Below are positions 55,533 to 64,000 of a stretch of 64,000 bases of DNA, piece after piece. The notes under the pieces were generated by a model, which was given only the letters and a program-made list of their open reading frames with translations, searched no databases and was not told where the DNA came from. The position numbers were made by a program, and so were the translations under genes. Position 1 is the first letter of the stretch; each line of letters begins with the position of its first letter. This stretch comes from an uncultured Poribacteria bacterium (GTDB lineage: Bacteria > Poribacteria > WGA-4E > WGA-3G): positions 4,928,001 through 4,992,000 of the forward strand of contig CATQHZ020000001.1 in NCBI GenBank assembly GCA_958296135.2, given 5' to 3'.

Positions 55533-57032
55533 CTACAATTCATAGCGAAGGAACGAGAGATATGCCGCCATGAACAGGATAAGGTTCCATGCCTATAAGA
55601 TAAACATATCGCCTTGCGCGCGAGCGAGACTCTCCGTGAGGGAGAGACGGCGGTGTTTAAAAACAGGCATACCCGTAAAATCCGCCTTGCCCTGGTCATC
55701 GGAGAACCACTGGCGCGAGGAAAACGCCTCTTTATCGGTGAGGTAGTCGACAATCTGCCGCTTATAGGTTCGCGTGCCTTTGATGAAATCGTTCGCGCCC
55801 GCCCGGTCGGTGCCGGCTATCGCGCCGATGGCGAAGGTGTACGCGTCGGCGAATGAAATGCGGGCGATGGCATCAGCGAGTTGCGCGTTGCGCTCCCGGT
55901 CTTCGCTTGGTTTCTTGAGTAGCGCCTCCACTCTGTCGGCATAGCGAATGCGAAGCGGTTCTTGCCAGCCCAGAAATTCCTGATATCTGGACGTATCCGC
56001 AACGTCAAGACTGTTCGGCACCCATTTCTCTTTCAAGAATACGGGGCTAGAGCCGGAGGAAGAGCTGCCCCCAGTGCGCTTTGTATCCGGCGGATAGGAA
56101 ACGGTATCCAGCGGGTCCTCGTGGCCGAGTCTTTTGAGATACCGGTCGCGCTCTTGCTTGAAATCTTCCCACAACTGCCTGGCTTCGGAAATCGCCAGCG
56201 GCTCCACCGGATGCGGCGGAAACTTCTCCACAGCAAACGTCGCAAGGTTGGAATGCACAATCGTCAGCAGCACCCAAAGAAACATGGAGAGGATCAGTGT
56301 CGTCGCGGCTTCTTTCGTCCAGATGGACAGGAGGAGCCCGACGAGATACCACGTCGAGACATACAACAGCGAGACGACAAGCATCACACCCATGCGCCCC
56401 ATATCGGCACCGTCAAAATCGGTTGCAGGAGAGGCTTGCGCGAGAAGCAGCGCAACCAGAAAACTAATAACAACGATGGGAATAAGCGAAAGCATGCCGC
56501 CAAGGTATTTCCCGAGCACCAGCGTATCCCTCGGAATCGCATTGGACAGCACCAGTTTTAACGTGCCATCTTCCCTTTCTCCAGAAATGGTGTTGTAAGC
56601 GAACAGAATCGCCAACGCGCTCAGCACGATTTTGAACACGAAAATAACATCGACGGTGAGGAACCGCGCCAGAAAGGGGTTATCCGAACCCAGTTTCCGC
56701 GCATCTGAGCTATCGCGCCATACCGGTACGGGAAGCGCGATGCTGATGGCATTGGCACCGACGTTCTCCATCCCGACGTGAAAGATGCCGAGGGAATTCG
56801 GCTTTCGGTGCGCCTTCGGATTGATGTCAAAGTAGAGGTTCCACCCTTCCTCTTCTCCCTGTGCCTCCCGCACGGCGGTGTGATATGCCGTGAACCGTTT
56901 TTCGTAATCGTCCACTTGCACCAACACGGCGACACCGGTCGCGAGCAAGCAGACCAGAAATCCGATGATGAAGCGGGCCGTCAACACATTGGAGACGCAC
57001 TCTCGGCGGATAATGAGCCAAAGCATTTGCAT
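55533..57032 (-). CDS. ABC-2-type transporter permease, type A2 (second copy) with in-frame TAG at 55593-55595
   Basis: Paralogue of 39187..40734. After TAG the frame continues AWNLILFMAAYLSFLRYEL*, matching AWNIILFMAAYVSFLRYDLG*. Confidence 0.85.
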
Positions 57033-57075
57033 AAACAGACCTCCTTTCACTTGTCCTCAAACAGTATGTCTGATT

Positions 57076-57186
57076 CGTCTTGCGAGCAGGGAGCAACTCA
57101 CCCGTGGATTCCCACCGACGCAGCGTCTCCCTGGTAGTGCCAAGTCACTCAGCAACCTCACCCATCTTGACCTTTATGTTTTGCAT
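57076..57186 (-). mobile_element. Decayed IS607-family tnpA (MerR-HTH N-terminus) remnant
   Basis: Manual translation MQNIKVKMGEVAE*LGTTRETLRRWESTGELLPARKT, with one internal stop and truncation. AT-rich upstream flank. Confidence 0.65.
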
Positions 57187-57388
57187 ATACCTATATTATA
57201 CGACATTTTTATAGATACTGCGCATTAAAATTGCACTTGATGCAGCGCCTCACCGATATCCTGCGATGTGCCTAGGCTATTCCGACCGGCACCGAGCCCC
57301 GCGACATACCGCAAGCACGCCATTACCTGGTCTCGTAGGCACATGAGGCATCGAGACCAGGAGGTCTCTCCTACAAGCAAGCACGCCA

Positions 57389-58234
57389 TTACCTAGTCTC
57401 GTAGGTGGCTCTCCTGCGTTTCATATCGCCCCAAGTGGTGGCGGCCTTGTCTCTCGGCGAAACCGAGAGAAGGTGGCCCTTCAGGACTGTGCGGATTTCT
57501 GCTTGGGTGAGCACGCGGTGCCAGATGGCAACTTCGTCAATCGCACCTTTGTCAAAGGCAAACTGCAGGCGGTCCTTGGCACATCCAATCCGCAGGGCTT
57601 GGTTATTGCCATCAGCGGGAACCTCGGTGGGAGGAAAACCAAACTCTTGACCGTCGAAGAAGACTTCGCCATCAAGATACATTTTCATAAACGCACCATC
57701 ATAGGTGCCGACAACGTGATGCCACGTTTTGTTTTCCATCTTTGGAAGGACCCCGCTGGAGCTCGTTCGACCGCCGGGGGTGCCCAAAATCATCACGAGA
57801 ACGGTGCCCTTTAAGTGCCCAAGGTCCCAGTCTGCGTCCTCCACTTGGAAGACGGCCATGCCGTAGGCCTGCAAGCCCACCTTCGCGGCATAGACGCCTT
57901 TTTCAAACCAGTAGCCCGAGCCCTCCGTCCAATTGTCCCGAGAAATCCATGCGCTCAGGGTTATCTCACCGTTGATGTTCAGCGCGTCCGCAGCAGGAAG
58001 CGTGACGCAGTCCTCCGTCACGGCGGCACTCTGAATTGCATCCCCATATTTGCCTCGGACAAACTGGGGGTTGCCGACAATCTCCGCATCCAACCCGTTG
58101 CCGGATGCATCAAGAATCATCTCGCGTTTCACGTTGTCAAAGGTGAGATAAACGTCGAGGGCTTCATCCAGTCCCGCTGTGGCAGAGAGAACCGTGAAGA
58201 GTCCAACGATAAAAATAAATGCGATGCGTATCAT
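57389..58234 (-). CDS. Secreted LamG-like jellyroll protein with TTW tail
   Basis: AGGAGG RBS, signal peptide, YLTFD, GKYGDA, WHHVVGTYDG, GAIDEVAIWHRVLT. Tail SVSPRDKAATTWGDMK. Confidence 0.9.
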   Translation of the reverse strand: MIRIAFIFIVGLFTVLSATAGLDEALDVYLTFDNVKREMILDASGNGLDAEIVGNPQFVRGKYGDAIQSAAVTEDCVTLPAADALNINGEITLSAWISRDNWTEGSGYWFEKGVYAAKVGLQAYGMAVFQVEDADWDLGHLKGTVLVMILGTPGGRTSSSGVLPKMENKTWHHVVGTYDGAFMKMYLDGEVFFDGQEFGFPPTEVPADGNNQALRIGCAKDRLQFAFDKGAIDEVAIWHRVLTQAEIRTVLKGHLLSVSPRDKAATTWGDMKRRRATYETR

Positions 58235-58398
58235 TGAGATTTCCTCCTAAACTTACGGCTGCACCTGAAAATAGCGCAGGGAAAATATGCACCGGGACAG
58301 TCCCAATGCAACAGAAATAGCCCGCCACGCGAAGTGCGCGCGCGGGGGTGAAGGCATGACGACGACAAACCCCGCCGCTGCCCTATTTGGTATAAAAC

Positions 58399-58575
58399 TT
58401 AACAAAACATAAGTAAGGGGGGGGTCGAGCCTACTTTTCTGTCGTCAAGGTGAACGGAAACGCGTGACAGCGCGACGAAGGGACCGGACGCACACTGGGG
58501 GTGCTGCGTCCCGCGAGGCCCAAGCCGGTCTGCGGTAACCTGTTTAGCAATGGAGTTAAGCATTCGCTGGTTCAC
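58399..58575 (-). CDS. Conserved 58-aa small ORF (leader/precursor peptide 2) MNQRMLNSIAKQVTADRLGPRGTQHPQCASGPFVALSRVSVHLDDRKVGSTPPLLMFC
   Basis: GTG start with GAGGA RBS, homologous to 38887..39030. Confidence 0.7.
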   Translation of the reverse strand: MNQRMLNSIAKQVTADRLGPRGTQHPQCASGPFVALSRVSVHLDDRKVGSTPPLLMFC

Positions 58576-58650
58576 TTGTGTCGTTCCTCGTTCTGTCTGT
58601 TTCTCTGGCGGCGGCGCGATTTTTCGCGCGCACCGTCGTGTTTGCAACTT

Positions 58651-58679
58651 ATAATACACGAAATTGCAAAGAATGTCAA
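58651..58679 (-). promoter_or_regulatory. sigma70 promoter upstream of small leader ORF 2
   Basis: Minus strand TTGACA-17 bp-TATTAT. Confidence 0.75.
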
Positions 58680-58877
58680 CTTATTCTACGGAAAATCTGA
58701 AAACAGTGGTTTTCCGCGACATGTCTATGAATTTTAGCAGCAATCGCGAGAAATGTCAAACATTTTTTCATTGTTCTGCAAGTTGATACGGGCGGATATG
58801 GCAATCCTCCCTGACACGCACCGCGCGTGCCCGCTTGCCGAAAATGCCCCCTTAATTACTGAAACTTCAGATGTGGA

Positions 58878-59978
58878 TTAGTAATCAGCAATCGCACCGT
58901 CCCTCAACCGGCTATCGGGCCAGGTGAAACGCCTGTCAGACTCCTTTCCGACTTCAATGACGCGTGCTTCGTCAACCTCAACGCCTAAGCCGGGGCCTTC
59001 AGGTAAGGAAACGTATCCCTCTGCGTCCATCTCCCACGTTTTGTGTGCAACGCCGTCTGGCAGCACGTTCTCGTAGCCTTCATGGATGAGGAAGAACGGC
59101 ACGGAAGCGGCGAGCTGGAAACTGGCGGTGAGTCCGAGATAAGACATCGTGCAGTGGGGGGCTATCGGCACGTGATGCGCTTCGGCGAGGGCGGCTACCT
59201 TTTTCACCTGCGTGATGCCGCCGCCGTGCCCGCAATCGGGTTGCAAGATGTCAATCACCTGTGCCTCCAAAATTTCGCGCACCTCCCAGATAGTCCGGTC
59301 GCGTTCGCCAGTAGCCAGGGGAACAGGGACAGATTCGCGGATTTTGCGCATTACCTCAATGTTGCCGGGCACCCACGCTTCCTCTAAAAAGAGCAAATCA
59401 TCGGACTTGAGGTAACTGGCGAATTGCTTGACGATAGGCGGCGGGAGGCAGCTGTGTGCATCAAACATGACAGCACCGTCGGTGCCAACTTTCTCTCTCG
59501 CATCCTGAACGCGCTGCAGGAGTTCGGCTATCTCGTCAGGTGTGCCGGCGAAGGGTTTGGAACCCCCGGGGCCTGTCTTAATCGCCTTTGGGCTCGGATA
59601 TTTCCAAATCTTGTCGCGGCACGGGCCTCCGAGGAGGCGATACACTGGCACTCCCCACAACTTACCGGCGATATCCCAGAGTGCCATATCAATAGCGGAG
59701 AGGGTATGCACCATGATTCCGCCGCCGCGGATGTTGCGATGCGCGCGAAACATGCGTTGCCAGAGATGCTCAATGCGCGTCGGGTTCTCGCCGATGATGA
59801 GTTCGGACAAGGAACGTGCCAGCGCACAGGAGACAGTGGGCTCCATGTTGTTAATTTCACCCCACCCGATGACATCCATGTTGGTATCAATCTTGACATA
59901 AGACTTGACACCCATGGGAAACGCGGTGAGGTTTGTCACGCGTATGTGTGACGCGGTGTCTTGGTAGTGGGCTTCCAT
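58878..59978 (-). CDS. Mandelate racemase/muconate lactonizing enzyme family (galactonate dehydratase-like)
   Basis: GWGE, SAIDMALWDIAGK..GVPVYRLLGG, FDAH, FLEE, PLATGER, LQPD.GH.GGIT, IAPH, PGLGVEVDE. Confidence 0.9.
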   Translation of the reverse strand: MEAHYQDTASHIRVTNLTAFPMGVKSYVKIDTNMDVIGWGEINNMEPTVSCALARSLSELIIGENPTRIEHLWQRMFRAHRNIRGGGIMVHTLSAIDMALWDIAGKLWGVPVYRLLGGPCRDKIWKYPSPKAIKTGPGGSKPFAGTPDEIAELLQRVQDAREKVGTDGAVMFDAHSCLPPPIVKQFASYLKSDDLLFLEEAWVPGNIEVMRKIRESVPVPLATGERDRTIWEVREILEAQVIDILQPDCGHGGGITQVKKVAALAEAHHVPIAPHCTMSYLGLTASFQLAASVPFFLIHEGYENVLPDGVAHKTWEMDAEGYVSLPEGPGLGVEVDEARVIEVGKESDRRFTWPDSRLRDGAIADY

Positions 59979-60071
59979 TTGATGAGTTCCTCCTTAGTGA
60001 GTATGCCATTACGCTTGAGGCAAGGCTATGGGTTAGGGGCCGTCTGGGAGCACCGTCGGCACGCCTTTGAT

Positions 60072-60515
60072 TCAAAAGCGGGAGTTTTCCGCCGCAACAG
60101 TCTCGGTAGTCATAGGATGCCTGCCCTCCGCCGCCGGTGCTTTTAACCCTGGGGCGGCAGCCTCTGTCGCTGTTCCAAGCCTGAGATGCTCTTGCACTAA
60201 CGGCTCAATGGAAAGCCTACATCCGAGTGTGTTCAGCAGCGTCTGAAGCGTGCCGAGGCACTTTTCACAGTGTTCGCGCGCTTCGTCGCTGAATAACACG
60301 TTCAAGAAGGTTTCCGGTGCCACACCGGTCTGCTTAGCAAGTGCCGAAATGCCGCCCTGTGCCTCAACGACGGTTTCAATTGCAGACATCACCGCGGCAG
60401 TATTCCCAAAGCGCTCATACTCTTCCATTACCGCGTGGAGAAAGCTGATTGCTTCCTCCCCATCGGCAAGGCGTTTCACCCGGTATTCGTGCCAATCTAG
60501 CGTTGAGTCGTTCAT
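60072..60515 (-). CDS. Addiction-module antidote (HI1420-like HTH antitoxin)
   Basis: AGGAGA RBS, L.D.EEA..FL.A.MEE......A...AI..VVEAQGGISALAKQTG.....L...L...TL..LLNTLG.RL.I. Confidence 0.75.
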   Translation of the reverse strand: MNDSTLDWHEYRVKRLADGEEAISFLHAVMEEYERFGNTAAVMSAIETVVEAQGGISALAKQTGVAPETFLNVLFSDEAREHCEKCLGTLQTLLNTLGCRLSIEPLVQEHLRLGTATEAAAPGLKAPAAEGRHPMTTETVAAENSRF

Positions 60516-60632
60516 CGGTATTTCTCCTTTTCGGACGTTGCTAGCTCGAAGGGATTCAAACCATTCGGTGAATGGCACGCGTCCAGCTTGTGTTCGGAAG
60601 GCGCGCAGTTTGCGCGGAAGAACATTACGCAT
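60516..60632 (-). pseudogene. Truncated RelE/ParE-type addiction-module killer gene, in frame with the antitoxin
   Basis: MRNVLPRKLRAFRTQAGRVPFTEWFESLR matches the killer-protein N-terminus (G..PF.EW..SL); the rest of the toxin is absent. Confidence 0.65.
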
Positions 60633-60774
60633 TGATAACTTCTCGTCCATCTGTTTCAATTGTTGTGCAGCACATCGCCAATATGTATAGTCTAACACAT
60701 TTTCCTTTTTTTCTTGACAAAAATGACGAAAGTTGCTAAAGTCACCCACAAGATGGACACAGGAGGCAGAACTT

Positions 60775-61842
60775 ATGGAAACCAACCAGACATACCGAAT
60801 CGGCATCATCGGATGCGGCGGGATGGGACGCTCCCACTCCAGAGCCTGGACAAAACAGCCGAACGCCACGCTTGTCGCCGCCATGGATATTTACGAAGAA
60901 TCCGCGAAACGCGTCGCAGACGAATATGATGTCCCCGCGATTTACACGGACGTTAACGAAATGTTAGCGAAAGAAGCATTGGACATCGTCTCTATCACGA
61001 CGTGGCAGGGGCCCCGCGCTGAAGCGACAGTTGCCGCCGCGAACGCCGGCGTGAAAGGCATCATCGGGGAGAAACCGATGTCCGCTTCCCTCGGACAAGC
61101 AGACGCTATGCTTGCCGCTTGCGAGGCGAACGGCGTAAACCTGGTCATCGGGCATCAGGGGAGATACGCACCCGCGAATATAGAGGCGCGCCGACTCGTC
61201 GCAGCTGGCGCAATCGGAGAACCGACGACGGTGCATCACCGCGCCAAACAGCACGCCGGGCTGCTCAACACCGGCACACACGCGATTGACGGCTGGCGGT
61301 TCCTCTTGTCCGACCCGGAAACGTTATGGGTTATCGGCCAGACCGCCCGTACCACCGACCGGTGGGAACGCCGCACCATCTGCGAAGACCTCTGTATGGG
61401 CCTCGTCTGTTTTGAAGGCGGCGCACGCGGCATCTACGAGGGCGACCTGCCGGAACCCAACGTCCCCATGCCAAAAATCGCTGGCACAGAAGGCATGATT
61501 CGGAACGGCCCTGATGGCACCCTGCTCCTCCAAAACGGAGACGCGAAGGGATGGCAGCAGATTACGCCACCGCCGGAACCGAAAAATCAATTCCAAGAAC
61601 TCATTGAGTGGATAGAAGGCGACATCGATGCCCACCGTGGCAGCGGCGTTCAGGCGCGATACACTATTGAAATTATGATGGCGATTTACGAATCGCTGCG
61701 CATCAAAAACGTCGTCACTATGCCGTTAGAGACGAAGGAGTTGCCGCTAGAATTGATGGTGAACGATGGCACACTGCCGGTCTTGGAAGAAGGCAGATAC
61801 GATCTGCGCGCACCGTTTGAGGGTCAAACGCGGAAACGTTAG
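60775..61842 (+). CDS. Gfo/Idh/MocA family oxidoreductase
   Basis: GIIGCGGMGRSH, GEKPMS, GTHAID. AGGAGG RBS. Confidence 0.9.
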   Translation: METNQTYRIGIIGCGGMGRSHSRAWTKQPNATLVAAMDIYEESAKRVADEYDVPAIYTDVNEMLAKEALDIVSITTWQGPRAEATVAAANAGVKGIIGEKPMSASLGQADAMLAACEANGVNLVIGHQGRYAPANIEARRLVAAGAIGEPTTVHHRAKQHAGLLNTGTHAIDGWRFLLSDPETLWVIGQTARTTDRWERRTICEDLCMGLVCFEGGARGIYEGDLPEPNVPMPKIAGTEGMIRNGPDGTLLLQNGDAKGWQQITPPPEPKNQFQELIEWIEGDIDAHRGSGVQARYTIEIMMAIYESLRIKNVVTMPLETKELPLELMVNDGTLPVLEEGRYDLRAPFEGQTRKR

Positions 61843-61865
61843 TTGCAGAAAACCGTACGACCGAG

Positions 61866-62560
61866 GCATGGCGGGGGAAACCCTCGGCGATTCGCGATCG
61901 CCGGGCCCGCGCCCTACGGACTAAGGGGCTTTTAACCGTCGCGCGAAAGAGGCCCCTTTTAACCGTAGCGCGAGGGCCGTCACGCCGAAACTTTGTCATC
62001 TCTGCCGCCTCGCTGCAGAGATGTCCACTGTCCCTCGCGAACGTGGGTCAAAAGGAGCCGCCCCGCAACCCATAGCGCGAGGGAAAACCTGTCCCTCGCG
62101 AACCCTCTTGATAGACCGAAGCATGGCGAGGCACAGGACCGCGCCCTACGGACTAAGGGGCTTTTAACCGTCGCGCGAAAGAGGCTCCTTTTAACCGTAG
62201 CGCGAGGGCCGTTACGCCGAAACTTTGTCATCTCTGCCGCCTCGCTGCAGAGATGTCCACTGTCCCTCGCGAACGTGGGTCAAAAGGAGCCGCCCCGCAG
62301 CCCATAGCGCGAGGGAAAACCTGTTCCTCGCGAACCCTCTTGATAGACCGAAGCATGGCGAGGCACAGGACCGCGCCCTACGGACTAAGGGGCTTTTAAC
62401 CGTCGCGCGAAAGAGGCCCCTTTTAACCGTCGCGCGAGGGCCGTCACGGTCACGCCTACAGAAAAAGTGCGTGTGTCGCCACGCGTAAGCACGCTACCTT
62501 TAACGTTGTCATCTCTGCCGCCTCGCTGCAGAGATGTCCACTGTCCCTCGCGAACGGCCT
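61866..62560. repeat. REP/REPIN cluster with 232-bp tandem units
   Basis: ccctacggactaaggggcttttaaccgtcgcgcgaaagaggc recurs at ~61912, 62144 and 62376. Confidence 0.85.
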
Positions 62561-62595
62561 TTCACCAGAAACACGCATAGGAACAACAAAAAACC

Positions 62596-63069
62596 ATGAA
62601 ACAGGAACACCCAACGCGCCGCTCATTTTTAGAAACCCTGACTGCATGCATCGGCGGAATAATCAGCCTAGCCGGCGGCATCCCGCTCATCGGCTTCGCA
62701 ATCGCGCCCGCCTTCAAAAAAGGCGAATCGAAATGGGTTGACTTGGGCCTGGTCGAGCGGCTCAAAGGCAGCCGCTTCAAGAAGGTTGACTATACCTTCA
62801 CCGCGAAGGACGGCTGGGTGAAGGCGACGAAAAAAAGGTCTGTCTATGTGACAGATGCTGGCAACGGCGAGTGGGCTGTCTTCTCTCGAACCTGCTCGCA
62901 CCTCGGCTGTCTCGTCCGTTGGAATGAGGGACGCGGCGAGTTCCTCTGTCCCTGTCACGGAGCGGTTTTTGACAAAAACGGGACGGTCATCGCAGGGCCG
63001 CCGCCGCGTCCCTTGCAAAAACTCGAGGTCAAAGTGGAAGCTGGCGTTTTGTATGTCCATGAAACCTAG
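62596..63069 (+). CDS. qcrA: Rieske Fe-S subunit of a cytochrome bc complex
   Basis: Tat motif TRRSFL plus TM, CSHLGC and CPCHG, GPPPRPL. Confidence 0.9.
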   Translation: MKQEHPTRRSFLETLTACIGGIISLAGGIPLIGFAIAPAFKKGESKWVDLGLVERLKGSRFKKVDYTFTAKDGWVKATKKRSVYVTDAGNGEWAVFSRTCSHLGCLVRWNEGRGEFLCPCHGAVFDKNGTVIAGPPPRPLQKLEVKVEAGVLYVHET

Positions 63070-63203
63070 CCAATACCAGAACGATCCAGTTCTCCCAGTC
63101 TGTTTTTTCCGCGGGAGACAAGCGGATATAGAAATCCGCCCTTAACAAGCACACGGCGTGCGTTCCGATAAAGCGGCAGAAAACCCGCTAGGAACTAGAA
63201 AAA

Positions 63204-64000
63204 ATGAAACAATTTCTTGCGGACCGGCTCCCGTTAGCAGAAATCAGCGCGCATCTGCGCAAACCGTTGCCGAAACATATCAATCTGCTCTTTTCGTTGG
63301 GCAGTTTGGCGATGTTTCTCTTGTTGCTACAAGCAGCGACAGGCGCATTTCTGGCACTCTACTACTCGCCATCGCCAGACCACGCGCACAACGCTGTCAC
63401 CTATATCAGCGAAGAAGTGCCGTTCGGTGCGTTCGTGCGCGGCTTGCATCACTGGGGCGCGAGCGCGATGGTAGTCATCGTCTTCCTGCATCTGCTCCGC
63501 GTCGTGATTTATAGCTCCTACAAAGCCCCGCGTGAATTGACATGGCTAGTCGGCGTGCTGCTGTTCCTCGTCGTGCTCGGCTTTGGGTTCACCGGCTATC
63601 TCCTGCCGTGGGATGAGAAGGCGTATTGGGCAACCGTCGTCGGCGTGGAAATCGCGAGCACTGCACCGGTATTAGGCGAATTCGTCGCGAAAGTGCTGCG
63701 CGGCGGTTCAGAAATCGGCGCGGTGACACTCTCCCGCTTTTATGCACTGCACACAATCTGGCTGCCATGGATAGCGTTCGGGCTCGTCGCCGCGCATCTC
63801 GCCTTCGTGCGGTTTTACGGCTCATCCGGGGAACCGCGAAATACCCCGGAAGAGATGAAGAGCGGCAAACCGTTCTATCCGCATCAGGTGTTTGAAGACG
63901 TTGTCGGGATGCTGATTCTGTTTGTGATTCTGGCATCCGTCGCGCTGTTCGTCCCAGTGCCACTAGAAGATATCGCAGACCCGACGAATGCCGACTATGA
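63204..64000 (+). CDS. qcrB: Cytochrome b (b6 + subunit IV regions in one frame), truncated by window edge
   Basis: Manual translation: QAATG.FLA.YY.P, RGLHHWGAS, HLLRV...YKAPRELTW, GFTGYLLPWD..AYWA, TLSRFYALH, KPFYPHQ, ADPTN. Confidence 0.9.
   Translation, partial: MKQFLADRLPLAEISAHLRKPLPKHINLLFSLGSLAMFLLLLQAATGAFLALYYSPSPDHAHNAVTYISEEVPFGAFVRGLHHWGASAMVVIVFLHLLRVVIYSSYKAPRELTWLVGVLLFLVVLGFGFTGYLLPWDEKAYWATVVGVEIASTAPVLGEFVAKVLRGGSEIGAVTLSRFYALHTIWLPWIAFGLVAAHLAFVRFYGSSGEPRNTPEEMKSGKPFYPHQVFEDVVGMLILFVILASVALFVPVPLEDIADPTNADY

Noticed and set aside
60633-60884. 270-aa ORF extension upstream of the addiction module
   Set aside because: It crosses an AT-rich divergent promoter and overlaps the oxidoreductase start on the other strand.

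Overview
64 kb of a GC-rich bacterial chromosome. It is most likely Ca. Poribacteria or a relative, inferred from LamG/PD40 proteins with a K-x-x-T-T-W-[GA]-x-[LIM]-K tail, tandem Uma2 genes and dense GTAG-type REP clusters. In order, the window holds: a cluster of secreted proteins sharing that C-terminal tail (0.3-3.5 kb); two related blocks (4.3-9.6 and 21.8-25.3 kb) with seven mosaic, membrane-anchored HEAT-like paralogues behind a GspC/PilP-like gene; nadA with a structured leader; a PorV/PorQ-family gene beside a 2923-aa Ig-repeat protein with a T9SS-like C-terminal domain; a putative ADP-ribosyltransferase with a novel partner; nnr and oxidoreductases. A ~25-kb convergent locus follows, with eight ABC-2-type permeases (four paralogue pairs with conserved TM segments and divergent loops), one ATPase, a NEW3-type membrane protein and a TolC-like protein. 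Each arm carries a conserved, unannotated small ORF (MNQR..LN.I.KQ...CAS.PFVA.SRV...TPP.L.FC) followed by a conserved structured leader, which is the best candidate for an undescribed regulatory or export system. The window ends with an enolase-superfamily gene, a decayed addiction module, and Rieske plus cytochrome b genes. No rRNA, tRNA, CRISPR array or intact transposase was recognised.
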